From positions 1 through 38,221 of the forward strand of contig CAJVPI010000262.1 of the NCBI GenBank assembly GCA_910592345.1: a DNA stretch of 38,221 bases. The letters run 5' to 3'. Below are positions 22,360 to 34,334 of this stretch, one piece after another. Both the position numbers and the translations under genes were made by a program. Each line of letters opens with the position of its first letter. The stretch's first letter is position 1. Source of the stretch: Paraglomus brasilianum. Lineage: Eukaryota. A model generated the notes under the pieces. It was not told the DNA's origin. It saw only the letters and a list, made by a program, of their open reading frames with translations, and made no database searches.

Positions 22360-23530
22360 ATGAATTTGCAACGAAAATTAGAACTAGTGCTCCCGGGAAA
22401 GAGCCCTGATGAAATATTGAAAAGCCATGAAGTAAATAAATATGATCATTCTGTTGTTCTATGGAAGATAGAGAATACCCAAAGAGGATATACTATCACA
22501 CATAAACTGAAACCATTAGACAAGGATAACACAAAGGAATCAACAAAGTCGAAAACTCAGCATTTTCCAAGGAATGACACTGTCAGACTTATCGACTTGA
22601 ATATCCGAGAACTGGTATTATCTCGATTAGTTGTTCGTGTTTTTCTTACACTGCCACATGGTAATACTGTTATTATGTTAATTATTTATTTAGATTATAC
22701 TATCTCCTGCCGTACCACGCCTTGCAAACTTACAACGACTCTATATCCAATTCAACAAACTCAAAACTCTTCCGCTTGAGCTCTTCCGACTTACTGGACT
22801 CCAAGAATTGCGTCTAAATTCTAATCAATTGACAACTATCCCTCCACATGTTGGTTTATTGACTTCTCTGCAAAGACTCGATGTTCGTTCAAATAAACTA
22901 ACCAGCATACCTCAGCAAATTGGATTATGTATAAAATGCCATGTATTGGATTTGAGGAATAATAGACTAAAGGTGCTGCCAGCTGAAGTTCAAAATCTAA
23001 CCAAATTGCGGGAGCTGATGGTTGATGGAAATCCTCTTGATCACGTCGCAGGCATCGACGATAGGCAAAGGGAGAATGACAATGATGCAGACAATACTCT
23101 TGGTATGGAAAGACATAACACAGCCGCAAACGAAGACGATAATAGTAATGATACAGTCATCAAGGCATATAATAAGAATACAAAGGTCATGTCACTTACT
23201 GACATTTGTACACAAATTGTGGGATCTGTCCTTCATAACAAAGGACCCCACGCGTACTGTAAATATTGTCGTCATCAGAGTGATTTTGAAGCAGATGAGA
23301 ATTGCCTCATGGCTGTACTTCCACATCGCATATTAGAGCGACTAACATTACCTGCTGGCCACCCACCAAAAAGATGTTCTGGATGCGTATCACCACTATT
23401 TCACGATGCTCTCAAGCATCTGATCCATGTTAACTTTTGTAAACGTTCGCTTCCGATTGAATATAAATTTTGTTCACATGGATGCATGCAAAGAACGTTA
23501 AGGCAAACTGAAGAAGTATCTATTCGGTAA
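22360..23530 (+). CDS. Leucine-rich-repeat protein with BC-box-like motif and C-terminal Cys-rich domain, LRRC58/LRRC28-like (2 exons: 22360-22614 and 22694-23530; about 363 aa)
   Basis: CTG|GTATTA ... TTTAG|ATT gives a continuous frame. About 5 canonical LRRs (LQRLYIQFNKL, LQELRLNSNQL, LQRLDVRSNKL, VLDLRNNRL, LRELMVDGNPL), then VMSLTDICTQIV, LPHRILERL, RCSGC..PLF and VNFCKRSLPIEYKFCSHGC. Confidence 0.85.
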
Positions 23531-23617
23531 AGTGATCGTTGGCGATTATGGTTTGTATCGTAATAATGAATGTTATTCGAATAATTTTAATTCTATATCG
23601 TTCGCTAGCTAACGGTT

Positions 23618-24772
23618 TTACACAATCTGCTCTAACTCACGGGCGTAATAAAGTGTGTGTTTGATAATACTCGTCGAAGGTATTTCAACCATATTATCAT
23701 TCTTTGTTGCAAAATAGATTTTCCCATCCGTGTCCACTTGCCAACCACGCTAAAACAGATGAATACATTAGCGAAGGTTTCGTGGATCGTAATGACAGTG
23801 GGGGAACGGATGTACGTTCAAGAAATTTTAATAATAATAACAAATAGTATACACATTCTTACCTCCATTGCAAATGTCATAACATCTTGGCGATTGTCAA
23901 AAAATAACAATGTGGCTGCATCGGCTAATGGTAAACATGTATATGCTTTCTCGCTGCAACTCGCGATTTCATTCCTAAATTAAATAAACAATGTAAGCAC
24001 ACATACATGCTTTTAATAACAATGCGCTTTCGTTGAATCTATTTCTAATTCGATGGGTTACCTGATCGTTTCCATTAAAATATCAATGAAGAAGGCGTAT
24101 TGTGGAGCTGGTATTTCTGCTCGTGAATTCCATACTTTGTTATAACTTCCTTCCATAAGGTACTGTTCCAAATGCACAGGATGTTTGACATAGGCATTGT
24201 CCAGTAGTTGCTCAGGTTCGATGTTCTCCAAGGCAGTATGGAATTCAGCAATACGGTTTTGTGATAGAAGACGAAGGAGATTCAATCCAATAAGCGGATA
24301 CATTTGTTGCGATTGTGGCAATAATGACCCATAATCGGTATAATACGTATGTAGTTGGGCTATGTATCGTTCAAAGGAAGGTATATCCTTTGTCGCTACA
24401 CTCCACAATGCTCCAATTTCGAGGATATTCCCTAATGGCGTAAAACGAGATTTACATTTAATTCATTTGTAAATCAAAGTTCACGCCATTGCTTCTATTC
24501 TGACAATCGATACATACTACCAATCAAGAGTGCTTCCGCATTGTTTATTTCACCTTCTGGAAGCAGGAGGGAAATTTTTGACAACATGACCTGTTGCAAT
24601 TACGAAAGTGTTAATAAATCAGACTTGTCGAGCTATTTCCGATATTATGTTAACAACCAACCTTTAACGTTGCCAAGTACTGACCACACCTATTGAGATC
24701 TGGATTACTTGAATAAAACTCATTTTGAAGTTCGCTATAGAGCCGGGAAGTCTGTTGGAGAGTCGCGGACAT
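23618..24772 (-). CDS. RPN12: 26S proteasome lid subunit Rpn12/PSMD8 (5 exons)
   Basis: ATG at 24772. [83 protein letters not shown] and terminal [13 protein letters not shown] (TAA at 23620-23618). Confidence 0.96.
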
Positions 24773-24937
24773 ATCGTATCTAGCGTACTTGCATCAAAAA
24801 GTCTCTAATATTAAATTCGTAAACCTATTACGTCATTATTAATATGTAATGGATCGCTTGTCGATCTGCTATCCGCATCTCTTGTACCACACAATCACAT
24901 TAACAGTTGACACATCTTACGTTCACGATTAAGAAAG
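24773..24937. promoter_or_regulatory. 165-bp divergent promoter between RPN12 and APC1, with a CRE-like TTACGTCA at 24828-24835
   Basis: Start codons at 24772 (-) and 24938 (+). The motif is read directly; its function is inferred. Confidence 0.45.
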
Positions 24938-27900
24938 ATGGAAGTACGCGTTCTGGGTGAATTCGTCCCTTTTGGGAAGACATTTCTCGAGAGACGCGCA
25001 GCAAGGCGTAAGGATCTTGGAAACCCCGAAGAGTCACAAGAATATCAATTTGATATTGATCAACCTTCTGAACCGAGATCAGAGGCATTTCCTCTCTGGG
25101 ATTTCAATGGCCCTTCTATAGCGCAAAATATTACACCAAATTACAAGTTATATAGTGGGACATCCGACGATATTGAAGACGACGTTTCTCAAAGGAAAAA
25201 GGATTTTTGTCAAGAAATTATTGATAATGACTTTGATGAGGAACTTTATGTTAAGGATAAAACGGTGATATGGAGTAAAGGAAATGTGATTAAAAAAAGT
25301 TTCACGTTTCAACAACGTGTTAAGCGAGCATTATTTGTTTGGTTCAATGTCGAGGAGGTAATAAAACAGTCAAAAGATACGAATGTCGCTTTCACGAACG
25401 ATAGAGGCACTAGAGGACTATTTGAAGGAATGTCAATGATAAGAGTGACCCGACAACGGTGTGTGTGCATTATGCTTCAGACATTTGCCAAAGTCTATTT
25501 TCCGGGTGGCAAGACACAAATGCTGAGAATGCCGTTTCCCGTTCGGGAAGCAGTTGCTCTCAAGACCGGTTTATTGTTGAGTTGTATGCAAGAGGAAGAA
25601 AATGATGAACACACGACGGCTGATCTGCCAACACTGTATAGCCTTCTTGATCCTTTAGATGAAATAAGGCCAGTATCCGTAGCACCAAAACTCTCCTACT
25701 TTGATAATCACATCGTTATAGGTCAACCAACGCGCCCATTTGTGGCCAGTGACGAAGATATTATATTCGTAAATCCTGTTGATGATGGTAGTTCATTTAT
25801 AGTATTGCGTAATCGTGTGAGTGGGTTATTTTCTGTCTGTAGATATGCTATTAGGAAGGAGGATAGTCGAATTACTTTCGAACAAATCGAAAGTAGAAGT
25901 CGACGCAGTTCCTATGGGCTAGTACGTCAAGATTCAACCATGAGTGTGGACAGGTTTTTGTATCCCGACACTGAAGGATCCTCTCTTGCGGATAAAATAA
26001 CTTCAATGGATGCATCTCCGGAGATTTATTTGGAATACATCGAAACTGGTATACAACAAGTAGAATTTCTCGCGGATTCACCAACGTATGTATCTGAGTC
26101 GTGTGATATGCTGGTCTTTTGTTGTGTACTTTATATTCAAACACGCATTTATTTATTAGTGAAGAATTAGGTGATGATAGCACAGCTTTTATTGCTCATG
26201 ATAATGAGGGACAGGAAATACTATGTATACATACTAAATCTTCAAAATGCATAACACTGATATCCATGGAACCTTGGGATGGAGGCATCAGAATATCAAA
26301 CCAATTGAATGCGGCAGCTATTGCTGCCGTACCCATTATGGCAACACGTGTGAGTTACAATGATATTCTAATACTTGATGTCAATCGCCGGTTGCATTTA
26401 TGGACAGGAAGCGAAGGAAGCTTGCGCGTCATGATGCCAATGTTGGTTTCGCATCAAAACCTTTCGCCATCGAAACAGTGTCTTTGCTATCAAACAGAAG
26501 CGTTGTACGAATCAATGACGAAGCAGGCGACGTATAAAGAGTCTGTTGTTATCAGTCTCAGAGACAGCGTAAACTATCGAGTGAATTTGATTCTTGATAA
26601 CCAAGAGATCGTTCGTGCCAGTCTTAATTTTGTCACGCGGTCAACTCTAGTACGAAGATGCATTAATGCACTCAGTTTCGCATTATCGGCGAAAGATTTT
26701 GGCGAATTTTATCAAAGATATCTTTACTATCAGTTTGGATGTAAGATTGTTTGTGCACCACAGTCATCTGAGTGGGAGAACTTTCTCGCCGTAATCTTAT
26801 CTTTAATCGAATGGCATTTTGAAGGTGTGCAGGATGAGGACAGGACACGGTCCTTGCATCCTGAGTGGCAAACTCATCACTTTGATAAAAACGACCCATG
26901 GATGGCCATGCTTGCCATTCACCATTACAGTAAAATAAAACTAGACACAGTGTTTCAGTGTTTAAATATAGAACAGGATACTACGTTTAATAGTCTAAAA
27001 GATGCTTTTTGTCGTGCCGGAAGGAAAGCGGATAAGCTTCGTGCATTTTTCAATAGTGCTACTTTTATCAATGGATCGGACTGGCTTAGGACGTCATTGA
27101 AGAAGGGCGACGATTACAATGGATATTTAAGCTATAAATCTTGTGAGGCGATACTGTGTGCACTACATCTTGTTCTTGAAGATTTGAAACTTGACGTTGA
27201 TTCTCATAAATACATGGATGATTTATTATCGCTACTACTGAACCTCGCTGTCTTTGTGTCTTGGGAATCGTATAAAAGATGTTACGAGAAACAGAATGCG
27301 AATATAGTCGCTCTCGAGAGTTGTCCAGGTTGGTAGGTATTTCCGATGAAGAAATCTCATGGGCATTTGCAGAAGTTCTTAACAAATTACTAAACATATC
27401 CAAACGACAATCAATATACTCTTGTTTCCACGAAACAGTACGGAAGCATTTTGAGCAATTATCAGAAGATACGATCTTTGCTACACCACCCGATATTTAT
27501 AAATGGATACTGACAAGGATACGCACCGAGGGACCAGTCGTTTCCTTTCCAACGATGGCATTGATCGAAAGTGAATTTTCTGTGAAGCAAAAAAGAGCCG
27601 TTAGAGACTCTGCGATCTGTGTGAGAACTGAAAAGTTGTGCGCATTTTTTAATAAACTCTTTAGTGAAGGAGCGGAGGCCATGGTGCTTGAGATGGCGAC
27701 GTTGAATTTCAAAATGAAAGATGTTGACGGGCTACCGTTTGGCATTGGGCTTCCGCTGAAGGAGGCAATCAGGGCATGTCGTAAACATCCGCCTGATAAT
27801 TGGCCAGGAGATGCTTATGTGCTAATAGGTAGGCATGTCGTCAGTTGATTGTTTTGATGAAGAGTTTGAAACTTATGTTATTTAACTGAAAATTGAATTT

Positions 27901-30900
27901 GATGGTCCCATAGGTCGAGAAGATCTTGCTGAACTGACATTTGGAATACCCGTCACGTCGATGTACTTCCATTCTCGGCGTGGTCTTAACTTGGTAAACA
28001 TACTTGCATTTTTTAGGTTGTATTCGTCGAAAGTGCTTATTATTCTATTAATTATCAGGATAAGCCACCAACGGATGCTCATACAATTGCTCGGTCAGCT
28101 GTTACACGAGAATCAACCACGACCAGCAGCAGCAACAATGCCAGCGATAATAAAGAGAAGGAGATGACAGGTACCGAGGTTTCTAATCACGAAATAACAG
28201 ACTTGCGCTTTGATAGGGATCGTCGATTAACGGAAGTTCAAAGACTCTTGCAATCATCAAACACCATAAAAGTTGATGGTCAACCAGGGGATCAGAGGTC
28301 AGTATAGGAGAAATTAATTGCTTTCTTAAAATCTTACTGATCATTATACTTTATATATAGTTCTGCCGATGTGGAAATTTCAGCTCAGCAGATAGAGTTT
28401 GTACAAGCACAAGCGTATAAAAACTTTGCACATCCTGTTGGCCGCGCTATTCTAACGTATGGAACATCAACTCCCATCGCAACAGAAAGCTTCCCAATCA
28501 CGCATCTTCCGATGACTATGAAAATAGTTCCCAACAACACGGTCATAGCATTGGACAAGATCCTTCGTCTACCAGATTTTAGTGATTGGCCCGAATTTCA
28601 CCAAGGAGTTGCAGCAGGGATGCGTATTTCCTCTGATAGCGAAGAAGTAGATGGTTCATGGATTACCCTCAATAAACCCGCAGAGCTGAATTATACGCAT
28701 GCTGGGTTTCTATTGGGATTAGGTCTGAATGGACATCTGAAAGAATTAGGAACTTGGCGAGCAGTGGACTATTTGATGAAAACTCCAAAGCATGATGCAA
28801 CTTCTATTGCATTGGTAATCGGACTTGCAGCGTCATTCTGCGGGAACATGGATACGCAAGTTACAAAGCTTATCGCTGTACATATACCTGCACTGTTACC
28901 ACCAAATTCTTCTTCACTTAATGTATCTTCTTTAACTCAAACGGCTGCGGTGCTTGGTATTGGTTTGCTCTATATGGGTACATGTAATCGTCGTATGGCA
29001 CAGGTCATGCTTAGTGAGATTGCAGCAAAAAATTGGACCACGGCCATGACTACAGACCTTGATTACAGCGAAGGTTATTCTCTTGCAGCCGGTCTATCTT
29101 TGGGTCTTATAACTCTAGGAAAGGGAGATGACGCACCTGGATTGGCCGATTTAAATATAATGTCTCAACTGCGTTTATATATGATTGGAAACACACAATC
29201 ATCAGAGAGCGTATATAAAAACAACGCAGATATCAACATCAACGTGACGTCATTAGGCTCTACAATAGCACTCGGGTTAATGTATTTAAAAACTAATAAT
29301 GCTAGTATCGCAAAAAGAATCCCAATTCCAGAGACGGCTTTCTTCTTGGATTATGTACGTCCCGATTTTCTTTTAGCAAGGATTCTAGCTAGACATCTGA
29401 TAATGTGGGATAATATTGAACCGACTTTGGAATGGGTTGAGAGTGATGTCCCAAGTTTTATTAAAGATGGGCTGAGAAATGCGCAGAATGAAATCGAAGA
29501 TAGCAAAATAGAATCTTTTAAACAAGCATATTATAGCGTAATTGCAGGATCGTGCTTTAGCCTTGCGCTAAAGTACGCAGGCTCTGCGGATGAAGATGTT
29601 TTACAAGTGATTTTGCATCATCTCGATCGCTTCTTGAACCTTGTCCATGCAAGAGGTATGTCGAGACAATTTCAATGAATAACTTCGTTATGGCCAGTAT
29701 ACATGCATATATCACCTCTGAATAACTATAACATCTTCTTATAGCAACTTTATTCGATCAACAGATAACACGAATGAATATAAAGACATGTCTGAACGTC
29801 CTTGTAACTTGTGCAGGGATTGTAATGGCAGGTACGGGCAATTTAGAAGTGCTCCGCCGTCTACGTAAGCTTCACCGTCCCGACATATCGCATGTTGCCT
29901 CACGGTCCTATGGTGCTCACATGGCGACCGGTATGGCATTAGGGTTTCTATTTCTTGGTGGTGGCACATATACGCTTGGAACATCTGACAAGGCAGTCGC
30001 GGCACTCTTGTGTTCGCTATTCTTCCGATGGCCAGCTGATCCTGTAGATAATCGCTCGCATCTGCAAGCATTCAGGCATTTATGGGTACTTGCAATAGAG
30101 CCTAGGTGTCTTATTGTACGCGACGTGGAGACACGCGAGGCGTGTCACGTACCAGTTACAGTAGTCTCAGTACGCCAAGATAAAGCAAGAGTTTCGTCTA
30201 TGGTGGCACCGTGTTTGTTACCAGAGTCTAAATTCGTCGTTACAATTGAGATAGATAGTCCCAGGTATTGGCCGATATGGTTAAATTTGAGTAAGAACAA
30301 AGACCTACGGGAGAGGTTCTGGAAGGACCCAACTATTTACGTCAAAAGGAAGACTGGACATCTAAGCTATTCTGAGGTGAGAAAGATTCATACTGCTTTT
30401 TCGGAAAAATTTTAAAGCTTGAAAATACGTCCCACGACCTACCACTAAACATCAAACACGGCTTTGATTATTACCTGATAGGATCCTCAAGATAATTGGA
30501 ATTTATTATCCCGTCTATTCCCAAGACAAACTTTGGCGGCCAAACCATCAAAAAGACCAGGGCTGAGTAAAATGGAACTGGTCAAAGTATTTTCCGCTGA
30601 TCCCCAGGTATTAGCATTCGCCAGCCATCTTTGTGACGATGAAACAGATCGTGATCTAGCAGCTTTTTGCACTGGAGTATTACGGGAATGTCTCAGTGCC
30701 GATAAACCAGAAGCCATTCATATATATCTTGCCTTATATCAAAATCTGCATAATCCCCAAATGGATGTAATAACAATGTGGAACATTAAATTAATCCTTG
30801 TCTATTATGAAACTATAATGAAAGAAGGTTCTAGTAAGAATGGTGATGATGCGTTGATCCAGGTGGCATTTATTCACTCTGTGAGACAGCAAATGGATAA

Positions 30901-31165
30901 ATTCTTTTCTACCGACAACGGAGAAGAACAATTATCGTCCGGAGCATATGCAGTATATAATGAGTTGCTTGATCATGATGTACTTAAAGCTGTGTGGTCA
31001 AAAATACAAGAAGAGTTGTGGGAGCATAGACGACCTGATGAATTTAGTTATGATCAGATACAGTGGTTATACGAAATGAGCCTGTCAACAAAATTTCCTG
31101 AATTATCGTTAAAGACGGTAAAGAATATAGTTAGACAGTCAAGACAGTCGTTAGCCGGCTTGTGA
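24938..31165 (+). CDS. APC1: Anaphase-promoting complex subunit 1 (about 8 exons, roughly 1,900 aa; exact 3' end uncertain)
   Basis: N-terminal LGEFVPFG, LPTLYSLLDPLDE, LPFGIGLPLKEAIRACR..PP.NWP..AYVLIGREDLA, WPEFHQGVAAG, HAGFLLGLGLNGHL, PC repeats (AAGLSLGLITLGKG, ATIALGLMYLKTNN-like), RPDFLLAR..LIMWDNIEPT, YGAHMATGMALGFLFLGGG and DNRSHLQAFRHLWVLAIEPR. Confidence 0.96.
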
Positions 31166-32280
31166 TTTACATAATATAAGCAAGATAAATAAACTCTCTG
31201 GGATCGAGAGTTTGAACTCTGACCAATTCTTTGCCCAATACATGTCAAAGACTCGTCATCTTTGTTCTCATTTCAGTCATTCACCCGAGAGCGGACTGGA
31301 CCAGCGAACAATAACTCGATCTTGCGCAAATGGACATATATGAATCTCCTCACATGACCAATAAAGATTATTGATGCTATTTAACTAATCTAAGTGGAAA
31401 GAGAATTATGATGGGTTCCATCTGAGCTGTTCTGACCTATTTGCAAAATCACCTAAAAGATTCATACACTTAGAAATAATATAAACAATTTAGGTGATTG
31501 CAGATTGCACCCCATTCCGAAAAGGACCCTGTTTCGTTTTATAATTAACTACCCTGGAAACCGTTCAGTAGAGCGCGCGAACCACTAATCCTTATATTGA
31601 TTAAGGATATTGGACACTTATCCTTTGAATATCCTGGTGGCAAACAAGATTGCCATTCGTCCAAGTAATAAACTGTTTAGATAGCTATCAACCAACGGAC
31701 TTCCGAATTGATCCCGCGGAAGAGGGTCGTAGCAATCTAGGGTTGGTGTTTACAGATCGATACTTGGTTGTGAGTAGTTAAAGCTTGAATTAGACTAACA
31801 GTCGAAGTGTATTTAAATCCCAAGGCCAACTCTCCCGTGACCACGCAACATTACAGGCTCTTATTCATGATAGACTTTTTTCATATGATAGGCCCATACC
31901 TTAAAATTTTGAAATATCAATGTGTCCTTGATGGTCCTCCGTAGAATAGATTCATACTGAGCAAGCAATGAATTACTAGTCCTGCAAAAAATTCAACGTT
32001 CTTATTCACTTTGTTTAGATCAAGTTCAGATATCTTGCACGGCTGATTGAAAACAAATCCTGTTTATCTATGATAGAATCAAATACTACAAGTAAAATGC
32101 TTGATAGCTCTTTTTCATTCCAAAAGCAACGTTCTGAGAACAACTATACACATACACATCTAGAGCAATATATGCAATATATCTTTGTACTATTACAGAG
32201 ATATAGATGATTATTGGTTGGCACAATGTCTTCTCCTTATACTATTATTATCTCCTACATTTGCTGCATAAGTACAATAA

Positions 32281-34152
32281 TCATGATCTGAACACCCTAA
32301 GTAATTTCACTATAGTCTCCCGACATATTGGACACTCATTTCTGGATTCTTGTAACTTCTTGCCACAGTCCATACAAGTGCTCATATGACCTACAAATAT
32401 AAACACATGATGATTATGTATAATAATATGCTTTTCCAATATAATACATGATTTTATACATACCGCAATCTAGTATTACACAATTTTGTGGTGCATCACA
32501 ACATATTTTACATAGGGCATCGTCACTCAATTTATCAACATCGGTAGCCATCTCCTTCTTAGCATTCTCAATTAACCTCTCAACTTTCTGAATCAATTCT
32601 GATTTCTCGACTATTCCGGTATAGTCTACACCATTATCCTTAAGAATATCCTTGAGTGCTTTTGGAGACAGTTTGTGGACCTCTATTTTGTTCTTTATTA
32701 TCGTATAAATGCTTGGTGGACCATCATGTGCCGTTTTACGCTGTGTCTGTCCAGAGCCTGTCCCACCAGGTCTTGTTTGCTGAGTACGACGATTTGCTGC
32801 AAATGCAGCTGATGGGTGAGATGAAGCTTGAGTAGTAGTGCGTGTGGTAGATTGTGTACGAACCGTATGTGAACGCCCAGACGAAGAAGTATAACCATCT
32901 GTACGCGGAGTGTTGCTATCGTTCGATGAATCAGAAAATGTTGTTGTCATAGGTGTTGAATAAAATGTACTGTAAGTTGTCGTGCTACTCGATCGACTAT
33001 TAGAAGGAAAAAATAAGGGAACATCAAAAGTACTAAACGGAAAAGCAGAATGACCAGGTGGTGGACTAGAGTCTCTTGAGGAAGAAGAGGAGGAGGAGGA
33101 AGATTGAGCACCGGAAAATTGTCCTAAGAAATCAAATACGTTCTCAAACATTGGAGGCAATACAAACGATGAAGCAGGTGACTGCGACTGAGATGAAGAT
33201 TGGCGTTGTTGGGAATAATGAGAAGGTCGACGTGGTGGATAAGCTGCTCTGGCTCCAGCAGAAGCAGACGCAGATGATGAGGTACGTCTTCCATTTGATC
33301 CATTAAGACCAGAAGTGGGTGAATTTGGTCTTCTAGATTGATTACGTCTACCCCGTCCGCTAGTGGATTGTTGAGTTCTAGGCCGATTGTTGTTCCCAGA
33401 ATTTTCCTCAGCCGATGGAGCAGAATCCGCTGATACAGTTGGCTCTGCTACTGGAATATGTTCTCTATAATATATCTCTTGTTGTTCTCCTAACGGTCGC
33501 TGCGATATTATTACTGAAACCAGATCATCCTTTTCTATAATATTGTTCGTAGGTAGATTGAACGCCTTAACGTAATCACTCAATACTCTACTCGGCAAAG
33601 TAGCAAGTTGACTGCGCGCCAACTTTGAAACTAAATATAAATAATATGATGTGAGGAGTAGCAATCAAACATCATAACAACGGCCCCCATATTGTTAACT
33701 TACTTTTGAGATAGTTAAAGCACAAGTCGCATACTCTCACAGGACTATACAAATTCGGTCCACCGTCAGTTCACTATATACTTTCGCCTTTCCCCACCAA
33801 ACACAAGGAAGCACTCGATTTGCGAGTATTGCTCCAAAGGTTAGCTACGAATACTCACCTAAAATAACCAAACTTTGACAATTCTACTCTATTTTCTGAA
33901 CATCGACTACAACAGACATAACCTAAATGGGACGTTATTTAGCGTTATGGACACGACTGGAACAAAAACATAAACAACAAACATACCACAGTTACGACAG
34001 TGATATTTGGGCCGTAGGAAACTAAACTTCCTACCGCACCGAGTGCAATGTTTAGCTTCAGAGAGAGAGTTGAGCTTAGGAATAGAGTGTGCAAGTGGAG
34101 CGTGGAAGGTTGTTCCTGGTCCGGGGTATTCGTCAAAAATGTTAGCGTCCAT
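32281..34152 (-). CDS. FYVE-like / two HeH(SAP-like) / C3HC4 RING E3 ubiquitin ligase, RNF34/RFFL (CARP)-like (5 exons)
   Basis: Spliced translation: HCTRCGRKFSFLRPKYHCRNCG|YVCCSRCS...PVRVCDLC (FYVE-like zinc finger), LPSRVLSDYVKAFNL..IIEKDDLV, a long S/T/R-rich linker, LSPKALKDILKDNGVDYTGIVEKSELIQKVERL and DDALCKICCDAPQNCVILDCG|HMSTCMDCGKK...ECPICRETIVKLLRVFRS-stop (TGA at 32283-32281). Confidence 0.88.
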
Positions 34153-34334
34153 AGATAGCTCTCAAAGTCGAAACGCAAATACAAGAAACCAAGCCAAATA
34201 GAAATCGCACGTCACACGAAATTTGATTGATCACCATTAAACGCGGTATGCTTCACATTACCATATCATCATTTTCTAACGCTCCTGGGACCTACTATAT
34301 TCCTCCATTACCATTCGTTCCCTGTTAATTCACT
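34153..34334. promoter_or_regulatory. 182-bp divergent promoter between the RNF34-like gene and CSN7, with ACGTCA (34209-34214) next to an SCB-like CACGAAA (34215-34221)
   Basis: Start codons at 34152 (-) and 34335 (+). The motifs are read directly; their function is inferred. Confidence 0.4.

Noticed and set aside
31735..31748. Telomerase RNA template-like CAACCCTA on the minus strand
   Set aside because: Only 7 nt match the TTAGGG repeat and there is no 1.5-repeat template, so it is expected by chance.
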